From the UHGV virus genome UHGV-1834275: 33,070 nt of DNA. One strand, given 5' to 3'. Numbering within the stretch: position 1 is the stretch's first letter; every line of letters begins with the position of its first letter. A model generated the notes under the pieces. That model was given only the letters and a program-made list of their open reading frames with translations, had not been told where the DNA came from and did not search any database. Positions 23,099-30,272 of this stretch are shown piece by piece. A program made the translations under genes and the position numbers. The DNA comes from a virus.

Positions 23099-23534
23099 TT
23101 AATTGATCATCTATTTTTTCCTGTAGTTTGATTTTTAATTCTAATGCGTCTGCTGATTCGAATAATTCAACATAACTTGACGCGGGAATACTTCTTAATA
23201 CTTGGCGTAGTTGGTAGAAGTATTGGGATAAAGTTTGCTGTACTACTGCTACTGGTATTAGCTCGCCGGATTGCTGACGTAATTCCATTTCTTTAATATC
23301 AGCTTCTGCTTCTAACTTACGTAGTGTTGCTTTTTGTATTTGGCCTTTTGTATCACCGCTTCTTAGTGGTTCGATTACGTTTGCAAGTAACCAATCGTCA
23401 ACTAATTTCTTAGGCCAGGTGATATCTAAACCTTTACCAGACCATATACGGCTAACAGTAGAATGCTCTACGCCGAAACGATCCGCGATTTCTTGCCACG
23501 TGTAGCGGGTTCCATCGTCTTTAATTTTTGCCAT
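22962..23534 (-). CDS. Terminase small subunit, Nu1-like (start placed at internal ATG 23534)
   Basis: N-terminal helix-turn-helix (WQEIADRFGVEHSTVSRIW), then Trp-containing and coiled-coil region (LVDDWLLANV...EAEADIKEMELRQQ) as in lambda Nu1; acidic C-terminus; AAGGA about 10 nt upstream of ATG 23534. Located immediately upstream of the GpA-like gene. Confidence 0.7.
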   Translation of the reverse strand: MAKIKDDGTRYTWQEIADRFGVEHSTVSRIWSGKGLDITWPKKLVDDWLLANVIEPLRSGDTKGQIQKATLRKLEAEADIKEMELRQQSGELIPVAVVQQTLSQYFYQLRQVLRSIPASSYVELFESADALELKIKLQEKIDDQLNEIGSYEYEGTYTDEQLPEDDEGTNEGGEVDPTSEATTTSGMGRE

Positions 23535-23763
23535 TTTGTTTAGTCCTTGTTTAGTACAATAAACCTGTACTTTCCTTTTATTTCGTTTTGTTTGTTTTCG
23601 ATTAGAAATCCCACGAATTTTAAATACAATTCGCGGCGAAAACTCGATTTTTTTGTTCTCAATTAGAGAACCTAAAGTTAAAACTTCACTCACGATTTTA
23701 ATTTTTGATTTGTAATAATATTTATATTATCATTGTATTATAAAGTAACAACAAGGACATGTA

Positions 23764-24702
23764 ATGAAACACATAATCCAAACCAGAAGTGTTTTTAAGG
23801 ATATCGAAGACTCTTTATTTAGTGAGTTGCATTCAGCTAAGACAAGTATCAAAATCTGTGTTGCATGGATAAACTTTGAGCTTTTTGAAAATATATTATT
23901 ATCTAAGGCTAAAGAAGGTGTTGAAGTTGAGATATTAGTTAATAATGATTATATCAATACAAAATTTCTTGATAAAATATCTGATAATATAAAACCATTA
24001 ATTAATCTAATTAAAAACCCTATTAGTAACCACTTAATGCATCATAAATTTTGTATCATTGATGATGAAGTTTTGATTACTGGCAGTTATAATTGGTCAA
24101 AAAGAGCACCATATCATTATGAAAATATAATAATCATCCGTAATGATTTCAATCTAATAATGCAATTTAAACATGAGTTTGCAGATTTAAAATACATGGG
24201 TGCAATGCCAAGTACAGAATTTAATGCATTTAAAGTAACCAAAAATCTCAATAGATTTGTTGTTGGCACATATAGTTCATCTGTGGGGATATATGAAACC
24301 GTCACATTGCAGTTATGGGAAATTGATATTAACAACTTAACTTTTGAACGACATGGCGAAATGGATATCCCTTTCTTCAATTATTTATTAGATATTAATA
24401 CTGATGATCATTATCTTATTGATGAAAAAGAAAGGTACATCGATCTATATGATCAAGAGCGTAGACAGATGGAGACTATCCAAAGTCATTTTAGAAGATT
24501 AAATTGTTCAATTCATGCTTATGGAACAGCAATAATAGCGAACGAGAGCGAATACCTTGAAGGTTATGAAGAGCCTATTCGTGTAATTCACTTCAATTGG
24601 ATAGATATGCGATTAAGCAAAGTATTACCCTCTTCTTTGCCCGCAACTATGGAACTTGAAGGATTATGGCACGAAATATATGCTCCAAATGGATATATTT
24701 AA
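23764..24702 (+). CDS. Phospholipase-D-family (single HKD) nuclease with an uncharacterised C-terminal domain
   Basis: Perfect HxK(x)4D(x)6GSxN motif: HHKFCIIDDEVLITGSYN; preceding KICVAWINFELFENILLSKAKEGVEVEILV typical of PLD/Nuc folds; ~170-residue C-terminal region without recognised motifs; AAGGA 7 nt upstream of the ATG. Confidence 0.8.
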   Translation: MKHIIQTRSVFKDIEDSLFSELHSAKTSIKICVAWINFELFENILLSKAKEGVEVEILVNNDYINTKFLDKISDNIKPLINLIKNPISNHLMHHKFCIIDDEVLITGSYNWSKRAPYHYENIIIIRNDFNLIMQFKHEFADLKYMGAMPSTEFNAFKVTKNLNRFVVGTYSSSVGIYETVTLQLWEIDINNLTFERHGEMDIPFFNYLLDINTDDHYLIDEKERYIDLYDQERRQMETIQSHFRRLNCSIHAYGTAIIANESEYLEGYEEPIRVIHFNWIDMRLSKVLPSSLPATMELEGLWHEIYAPNGYI

Positions 24703-24719
24703 ATAATATTCTATAATTA

Positions 24720-25094
24720 ATGAGGAACGGTATTATGTCTAATTATCCTATACCACTTAGCCTTGAATTTAATAGTCAAGATACTGCTAATATCATTTGT
24801 AGTTATCTAGAAAAAAATCATCAAGATTCTATTTTAAAAACCATATTAAATATAGATTTGTCTTTTATTGATTATCGTGCACAATCTTCTAATTACTTTA
24901 TAATTAATGACGTTGAATATATTGGAGATAATAATTATATTTTATATTATAAAATAAACTACTACATTTATAATCTCTGTAAAGATATGGATATTGATGA
25001 TGACTACGAGACTTCGATAAATTTTACATTGAATAATGGATTTTTAGTATTTGATATAATTGATTGTGAAAGAAATATATCAGATGAAATATAG
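24720..25094 (+). CDS. Small acidic hypothetical protein, co-transcribed with the PLD nuclease
   Basis: Starts 17 nt after the PLD stop; Asp/Ile/Tyr/Asn-rich; no recognised motif; followed by a hairpin terminator. Confidence 0.5.
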   Translation: MRNGIMSNYPIPLSLEFNSQDTANIICSYLEKNHQDSILKTILNIDLSFIDYRAQSSNYFIINDVEYIGDNNYILYYKINYYIYNLCKDMDIDDDYETSINFTLNNGFLVFDIIDCERNISDEI

Positions 25095-25158
25095 CCATAT
25101 TTAATTATCACTTAAGGATTTCAACATCAGGATTTAAATTTTAATTATATATAATAGT

Positions 25159-25190
25159 AAAAGCCTAATACTCATCAGTAATAGGCTTTT
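25159..25190. terminator. Bidirectional terminator between convergent accessory genes
   Basis: AAAAGCCTA (25159..25167) / TAGGCTTTT (25182..25190) 9-bp stem with 14-nt loop; A- and T-tracts built into the stem ends. Confidence 0.5.
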
Positions 25191-25197
25191 ACCTAAA

Positions 25198-25617
25198 TTA
25201 TAATTGATTCAATCGATAGATATTAGATGTACTTGAGCCATCGCTATACACCTCTGATATAGTCAGTTTGTTTCCATCCACTTTGTATTTTACTACACTA
25301 TCAGCCGGATCATTTCTCCAACGACCTGAGCTATCTGGATTGTTTGATGCCCACATAACTTGATCATCAATCAGTTTGCACTTGATAGCCCATCTTGTGC
25401 TGTCATCTTTACGTATGTAATGGACATAGGCTACATCAGATTGAATCTTATCAAGCTTCATTATTTTATGATCTCGCCCAAACATAGATGCAGCCGCCGC
25501 TTTGCAGATCTGACCAACATTAGCTTCCGCTGCGTAGAGTGAAGAACTGAACAATAATGGCACAATCACTAATAACTTTATCATCGCATATCGTCTCGTA
25601 GTAAAAATTAATTTCAC
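25198..25617 (-). CDS. Secreted/periplasmic protein with N-terminal signal peptide
   Basis: MIKLLVIVPLLFSSSLYAAEA has the n/h/c pattern of a Sec signal peptide with an A-x-A site; the track start is GTG at 25617 with AAGGA upstream, and ATG 25584 is an alternative. Mature part has paired Cys residues; no catalytic motif. Confidence 0.55.
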   Translation of the reverse strand: MKLIFTTRRYAMIKLLVIVPLLFSSSLYAAEANVGQICKAAAASMFGRDHKIMKLDKIQSDVAYVHYIRKDDSTRWAIKCKLIDDQVMWASNNPDSSGRWRNDPADSVVKYKVDGNKLTISEVYSDGSSTSNIYRLNQL

Positions 25618-25618
25618 C

Positions 25619-26344
25619 TTATTTCCTTAATAACTTTTTTAATTCCTCAACTGTCTTCATTTCTTTTCCAATATGAATCATTGCATGACAGTTTGCACAT
25701 AAAGGTATAAGATCTTCAATTGGGTCAATCTTATAGCGTTTACCAATAGTATGTAGTGGCACTATATGATGAACATGAATATAATTTTTTCCGTGACTTC
25801 CATACACTTCTTCAAAATTAAAACCACAGACACCACAACTCAAACCATGTTTATCGATACATTCTTTTCTAGCCTTTGGATCTCTCTCATAGTACGTAGC
25901 AATCCTTTGATGCTTTTCACCTTCATAGTATTCACTTTCTATTTCAGGTGTGAATGAATAGTAATCTTCATCGGTGGCATACCAATCTCCATCTTTTTTA
26001 GTAAGATATTTTCGTACTATTTTCTTTTCAAAATGTTTAATCCTAGCAGCACCATTTTCAGTTGTTTTCTCATGCCTAGTCTGGCTAAAGGTGAAAAGAC
26101 TATACCCTTCATGTAAAATTTTATCTATGTGTTCGATAGATTGTGTATAACCATTTTTTTTGTGTCCATTTACATTTTCACGCCAACTGCTAGCCAAGAT
26201 TAAAACTTTCTTACCATCATCTGATCTAAGATCTTCCCAAGCTCCAAAAATTATTTTTTTGTTGATCTCATCAATAAATGACCAACTCCAGTTATCATTT
26301 TTACATGTAGCACCCAAAGAACGCATGAACTCTGTTCGGGACAT
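25619..26344 (-). CDS. HNH endonuclease (McrA-type HNH) with an N-terminal domain of unknown function
   Basis: C-terminus CGVCGFNFEEVYGSHGKNYIHVHHIVPLHTIGKRYKIDPIEDLIPLCANCHAMIH matches the McrA-type HNH/zinc-ribbon pattern (C..CG...HH..PL...G....N...LC.NCH...H); N-terminal ~170 residues show no recognised motif. Confidence 0.8.
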   Translation of the reverse strand: MSRTEFMRSLGATCKNDNWSWSFIDEINKKIIFGAWEDLRSDDGKKVLILASSWRENVNGHKKNGYTQSIEHIDKILHEGYSLFTFSQTRHEKTTENGAARIKHFEKKIVRKYLTKKDGDWYATDEDYYSFTPEIESEYYEGEKHQRIATYYERDPKARKECIDKHGLSCGVCGFNFEEVYGSHGKNYIHVHHIVPLHTIGKRYKIDPIEDLIPLCANCHAMIHIGKEMKTVEELKKLLRK

Positions 26345-26382
26345 TTTTCATCCTTAAAATATGTGACCTACATCACATGAAA

Positions 26383-26463
26383 CTATCGACTGTAGGAGGT
26401 TTCTATCCTTCGTAAAGCTAACAAACCTACCCAAAGTAGATAGAAACCTCCTACAATCGATAG
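26383..26463. repeat. 25-bp inverted repeat (one mismatch) with 31-nt spacer in a divergent intergenic region
   Basis: CTATCGACTGTAGGAGGTTTCTATC (26383..26407) and GATAGAAACCTCCTACAATCGATAG (26439..26463) are reverse complements except for one position. Confidence 0.75.
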
Positions 26464-26547
26464 TGTATGTGTGTTCCTTTTGATGGTAAAGTATTAATAT
26501 AGTGTTACCTAGACTGGGTGTACATATAATCAATATTTGGGTTTGAT

Positions 26548-27258
26548 ATGCTTAATCTCACTAAATGTAATTTACTTTTGATCGGCACTGTAATAACTCT
26601 ATTACTGATAGCTATTCTTGTAGGTATAAAAATACTATTCTCCGATTCTAATCCAGATCTAGGCAGCTTAGCAGATTGGATCAGTTCTGTATCCGCAATA
26701 GGGACTCTTGGTGTTGCCTGGTTAGCTTATAGTAAAGCTGATGACTACATTGACAAAAAAGCTTCGGAAAGAGGAATTGATATCCTTGTCAATATGGTAA
26801 CTGAATCATTCGTTGCTTATTTCAACTCACTAAATGAAACTAATTTCCATGCTTCAAAACTTGAAAATAAAATGATATTGATTGGCTTGGTTGATGAAAA
26901 AGTAGATTGCAATATTGAACTACAATCATTAAGAGAAAAAATCATAACTCTCTTCGAAAATAGTCATCAAATAGACAAAGATTTTATAAAAATGAAAATA
27001 ATGAAAATATCAAAACCCAGTGATATTTTCTACGATCCAGTAACTAGCGATGATACATTGCAAGCGTTAAAATTAGCATTTCATAAACTGAACACTGAAA
27101 TTTGTGAGAATGAAAATCAATACAACATTAATAATGATTTACTTAGCGAAAATATCAACTTTATTAAAAACACTACCGAAAAGTTAGCCCATGATATTCG
27201 CAAACAGTTCTTTACCTCGCCGAATACTTATAAAGATTATTTTGGAAATCTGTCTTAA
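26548..27258 (+). CDS. Membrane protein with two N-terminal TM helices; paralogue of 779..1519
   Basis: LLLIGTVITLLLIAILVGIKILF then DLGSLADWISSVSAIGTLGVAWLAYSK; shares the GSLADW(L/I)SS loop motif with 779..1519; soluble C-terminal domain diverged. Confidence 0.6.
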   Translation: MLNLTKCNLLLIGTVITLLLIAILVGIKILFSDSNPDLGSLADWISSVSAIGTLGVAWLAYSKADDYIDKKASERGIDILVNMVTESFVAYFNSLNETNFHASKLENKMILIGLVDEKVDCNIELQSLREKIITLFENSHQIDKDFIKMKIMKISKPSDIFYDPVTSDDTLQALKLAFHKLNTEICENENQYNINNDLLSENINFIKNTTEKLAHDIRKQFFTSPNTYKDYFGNLS

Positions 27259-27303
27259 ATTATACGCTATCAAATATTCCATCAACATAAACAAGGAAAG
27301 TAG

Positions 27304-28002
27304 ATGACTACTCTCACTAGAACTTATAATTTACCAAATGAGCTAGTTGAACATTTTTCAAATAACATTGTCTATTTCGAAAAACTTTTGTCTAAGGATT
27401 TTTCTGACTTAAATGTTAATGTAGCACCAGAAGACATTAAGAAAATAGAAAAATCTTTCGAAGTATCACATAGAATACGTGATTTCGAAATCAATCTGTA
27501 TTGGCAAAGACTGAACTTCCTTTGGGCCATTACAGCATTGCTATTTGCTGGATGGGGAACATTGATCTTTAAAATCATCGAATTCAATGGAGGGGAAGCA
27601 CCTTATATTATATTTGCCGCCTTATCATTTCTCTCACTTATAGGTGGGATTGTAACTATATTCACAAGCTTTATCATTGAGGCAGGTAAGCATTGGCAAA
27701 AGGTTTGGGAGTTTCATGTTCACGCTCTTGAACCTTTTGTATCAGGTCATTTATATGCAATTCAGTTTTCTTATAAAAATAAAAAAAAGGCATCTATAAG
27801 TAGAAGCGTAGAAACTTTCAATTATGCTTTGCTGTTTCTTTGGGCATGTTCAGCAGTATTCGCCGCAATCATCCCTTCACAAATAGGGAACGGTCTTGCA
27901 GGCATTATCCAATTAGTTATTTCTCTTCTTATAGTTGGTGCTTTTGTTTATATACGCAACTCTGTTACTAAAAAGGAGTCTATTAAAATTCAGCTTGATT
28001 AA
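27304..28002 (+). CDS. Integral membrane protein (about 4 TM helices) with ~65-residue soluble N-terminus
   Basis: AAGGAAAG ribosome-binding site; hydrophobic segments LNFLWAITALLFAGWGTLIF, YIIFAALSFLSLIGGIVTIFTSFII, FNYALLFLWACSAVFAAII, LAGIIQLVISLLIVGAFVYI; 45 nt downstream of the 2TM gene, same strand; followed by a terminator. Confidence 0.6.
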   Translation: MTTLTRTYNLPNELVEHFSNNIVYFEKLLSKDFSDLNVNVAPEDIKKIEKSFEVSHRIRDFEINLYWQRLNFLWAITALLFAGWGTLIFKIIEFNGGEAPYIIFAALSFLSLIGGIVTIFTSFIIEAGKHWQKVWEFHVHALEPFVSGHLYAIQFSYKNKKKASISRSVETFNYALLFLWACSAVFAAIIPSQIGNGLAGIIQLVISLLIVGAFVYIRNSVTKKESIKIQLD

Positions 28003-28022
28003 TGTAGCATAAGGCATCTACT

Positions 28023-28232
28023 TTAAGCAGCCCCATAATGGGGCTTTCTTTTTTTAGCATTTACTTTTTGAATGCTCATAAGAATCTCACGTACCTTTGC
28101 TTCATTATCACCTGCATCATATAGTACCCCATCTTTCCAGTACTGACCCAGTAGTTCTACTTTTGGTAAGCCCGGCATTGCCCTTACTCCATCTTCGTGA
28201 TCAATATGTAATTCAAGTGATCCAATAATCAT
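28023..28232 (-). CDS. Small hypothetical protein (questionable)
   Basis: ORF only; its last ~10 codons are encoded by the plus-strand terminator hairpin and T-run. Confidence 0.3.
   Translation of the reverse strand: MIIGSLELHIDHEDGVRAMPGLPKVELLGQYWKDGVLYDAGDNEAKVREILMSIQKVNAKKRKPHYGAA
28029..28055 (+). terminator. Rho-independent terminator of the 26548..28002 membrane-protein operon
   Basis: AGCCCCA (28029..28035) / TGGGGCT (28039..28045) stem, 3-nt loop, then TTCTTTTTTT. Confidence 0.6.
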
Positions 28233-28429
28233 TGCACGAAAGTTGTTAGGGTTAATTGAAAGTATTCTGCATCGTCTGGTTGTAGTTCAGCGTAATATTC
28301 TGGTGTGCTATCAAATGTAATTTCATTATTGATCATTACGCCCTGTGTATTTACTGCATATCTACGTTGTTTCATTCGGTCAAATAATAGTATTCCTTTC
28401 ACGCGGTGATATGTTGTTAGTTCCCTCAT
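28229..28429 (-). CDS. Small hypothetical protein
   Basis: ORF with 4-nt overlaps to both neighbours (operon-like). Confidence 0.4.
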   Translation of the reverse strand: MRELTTYHRVKGILLFDRMKQRRYAVNTQGVMINNEITFDSTPEYYAELQPDDAEYFQLTLTTFVQ

Positions 28430-28689
28430 TTGGTTAGTCCTTGGTAGTAAGCCTTAGTAGCTCTGATATTGAATTCTTTGTTTAGGTGTGTATATGATGG
28501 CATATGCCCGTTATCCGTCATGTATCGCTCTATGTAGGCCGTAAGTAGTTCTAACTTGGTTGGGCTTACATCTGGTGTATCACTCAATAGAGAGCGTTTA
28601 GGGGCGTTATAGAGGCCATCACTTCGACCGCCTTGATTCTTGATATTGTGGCGTAGTGTATTCCACTTACCGGGCTTTTGTTTTGGCAT
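28426..28689 (-). CDS. Small basic hypothetical protein (start at ATG 28689 rather than track start 28755)
   Basis: AGGAG about 9 nt upstream of ATG 28689; translation begins MPKQKPGKWNTLRHNIKNQGGR; first gene downstream of the repeat-rich control region. Confidence 0.45.
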   Translation of the reverse strand: MPKQKPGKWNTLRHNIKNQGGRSDGLYNAPKRSLLSDTPDVSPTKLELLTAYIERYMTDNGHMPSYTHLNKEFNIRATKAYYQGLTK

Positions 28690-28755
28690 AGTATTGTACT
28701 CCTGTACTGGTTGATTAATTGGGGCGGCGACTCGTTCACACCTGCGGCGGTTCAC

Positions 28756-29156
28756 TGCGTGGCGACTTCAAGAGACTTTGAATAACTGACTTTCAGTAGT
28801 ATCTCTTGAGTACTTACACCTACTGGAGTGAGCGAAAGCGAGAAAAGCACGCTTGCGGGTTTTCGATGCGATAGCGAGAAAAACGCAATGTGATACCCTT
28901 ATGTGTTTTTTATAGGGATAATAGATAAGACGCTTTAGCGGATTAGCTATTATCCCTCTGAATAATAGATATGGCGTATTTTATATCTGTTTTTCATCTT
29001 TCCATTAGAAAGTAGGATAATTATAATAGGTTGGAAAGATGCCATTTTGCCCCCCATTTTAACGGTAGAATGCGGGTTTCAGGGGTGTTGTTGGCCATAT
29101 TTTCACACCATCTTTCCATCAAAGGGATTCCCACGCTAAACAGTTGGAAAGATGAT
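28756..29156. promoter_or_regulatory. Repeat-rich non-coding control region (candidate operators / iterons / attachment-type site)
   Basis: Four copies of TTGGAAAGATG or its complement in alternating orientation (28995..29004, 29032..29041, 29109..29118, 29145..29154), forming two inverted pairs with 26-27 bp spacers; perfect 10-bp inverted repeat GGGATAATAG / CTATTATCCC (28915..28924, 28947..28956); direct repeats of AGCGAGAAAA and ATAATAGATA. Confidence 0.5.
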
Positions 29157-29633
29157 TTATAGTGAATTTATGTATACCTTGATACTTCCTAAGCTAGTTC
29201 CATCCCTCATCATCTGGTGTACTTTCTTTTTTTCGTGCTGTGTTAGCTGTCGTGCATCACCCTTTAGTGCATACTTGATCATTACGCCGTGATTGTATGC
29301 CTCTAATAGTTCGTGTGCGGCCTTTACTGCAATGTTTCTATAATTATATAGCATTGACTTGTTTAGCGGCTTCTCGTTCCATTTCATGCGATTCTGGCGG
29401 CGAGTATTCACGGTATGTTGTACTTCCTCTATTCCAATCATAGGACACTCTAAAACCAGCTTTAGGATCTCTAACCTACTAACCTTAGTACGGCTAGTGG
29501 TTCCTTCAAACTCTTTAGTAATGACTTCATCAATAATATCTATTGCTTCTGGTGTAAACTGATTCAAAAACTTATAACCTGATAAAACGTTGTGTAAGTC
29601 TGTATTGTCGTATAATTTCTTTTTTCCTGCCAT
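29157..29633 (-). CDS. Hypothetical protein, possible regulator (start placed at ATG 29633)
   Basis: AAAGG about 10 nt upstream of ATG 29633; C-terminal ARQLTQHEKKKVHQMMRDGTSLGSI could be a helix-turn-helix; no firm family assignment. Confidence 0.45.
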   Translation of the reverse strand: MAGKKKLYDNTDLHNVLSGYKFLNQFTPEAIDIIDEVITKEFEGTTSRTKVSRLEILKLVLECPMIGIEEVQHTVNTRRQNRMKWNEKPLNKSMLYNYRNIAVKAAHELLEAYNHGVMIKYALKGDARQLTQHEKKKVHQMMRDGTSLGSIKVYINSL

Positions 29634-29708
29634 AATAAATACCTTTATAAAATGTGTTATGTTCCTTAATGGCGTTATGGTGTTTTCTCCCACCATAACG
29701 CCTTTTTA

Positions 29709-30194
29709 TTAGTTGTCTTTTGCAACCTTTGTATATGTCTGTCTATGTGTACTTCTATTGTACTTTTCATTCATGAATAGCGTGATATTGATACATGACA
29801 TTCCACCAGTGTATAACGCCTTTACTTCATCTTTTTGTACTGGTGTTAGACGTGGTTCATTTTGTTTCTTACGTACTGCCTTACATGAATTTTCACTATA
29901 TGTAATCCACTGCAAATTAGAAATATTGTTGTCTCGTTTATCACTATTGATATTATCTACAACTAATCTTTTATTTGTTTGGGGTTTACTTAGAAATGTT
30001 TCTGCTACGAGTCTGTGTGTCTCTATCGGATATGATTTAGATTTCCCATCCTCATAAACAGTTAAAGTAACTTTATAGTACCCATTACTTTTACTATAAC
30101 TCTGTGTTAGATAATTACCCGTTTTAGTATTGCGTACTTCTCCGTTACTACTTACTTCATAATTTACATATTGTGTTTGTTTCCATAATGTCAT
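29709..30194 (-). CDS. HNH homing-endonuclease-like protein (NUMOD4-like N-terminus plus HNH_3-like core)
   Basis: YEVSSNGEVRN...NGYYKV...HRLVAETF...VDNINSDKRDNNISNLQWITYSEN matches the phage free-standing HNH endonuclease pattern (Y.VS..G.V...G....h.lva..f.....v.H.d..k.nN...NL.w.t..eN), but with Asn where the first His is expected. Confidence 0.7.
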   Translation of the reverse strand: MTLWKQTQYVNYEVSSNGEVRNTKTGNYLTQSYSKSNGYYKVTLTVYEDGKSKSYPIETHRLVAETFLSKPQTNKRLVVDNINSDKRDNNISNLQWITYSENSCKAVRKKQNEPRLTPVQKDEVKALYTGGMSCINITLFMNEKYNRSTHRQTYTKVAKDN

Positions 30195-30272
30195 TTTCTC
30201 TTCCTTGGACTATGGGGTACTGTGCAATCCTTGCAAGTACATGAGTAATACTTTTTACGATAGTATCAAACG

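Noticed and set aside
24117-24380. 87-aa minus-strand ORF inside the PLD gene
   Set aside because: Antisense to the PLD nuclease gene, which has a clear ribosome-binding site and HKD motif.
25360-26357. Plus-strand ORFs (60-65 aa) opposite the secreted-protein and HNH genes
   Set aside because: Antisense to genes with clear signals (signal peptide, HNH motif); AT-rich composition readily yields such ORFs.
27372-27587. 71-aa minus-strand ORF
   Set aside because: Antisense to the 4TM membrane-protein gene.
28756-29156. Possible CRISPR array or tRNA gene in the repeat-rich non-coding region
   Set aside because: Repeats are 10-11 bp, in alternating orientation and irregularly spaced, unlike CRISPR direct repeats; no cloverleaf-compatible tRNA structure or conserved tRNA motifs were seen by eye.
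29359-30057. Plus-strand ORFs (67 and 114 aa) opposite the 29157..29633 and HNH homing-endonuclease-like genes
   Set aside because: Antisense to better-supported minus-strand genes; no ribosome-binding sites noted.
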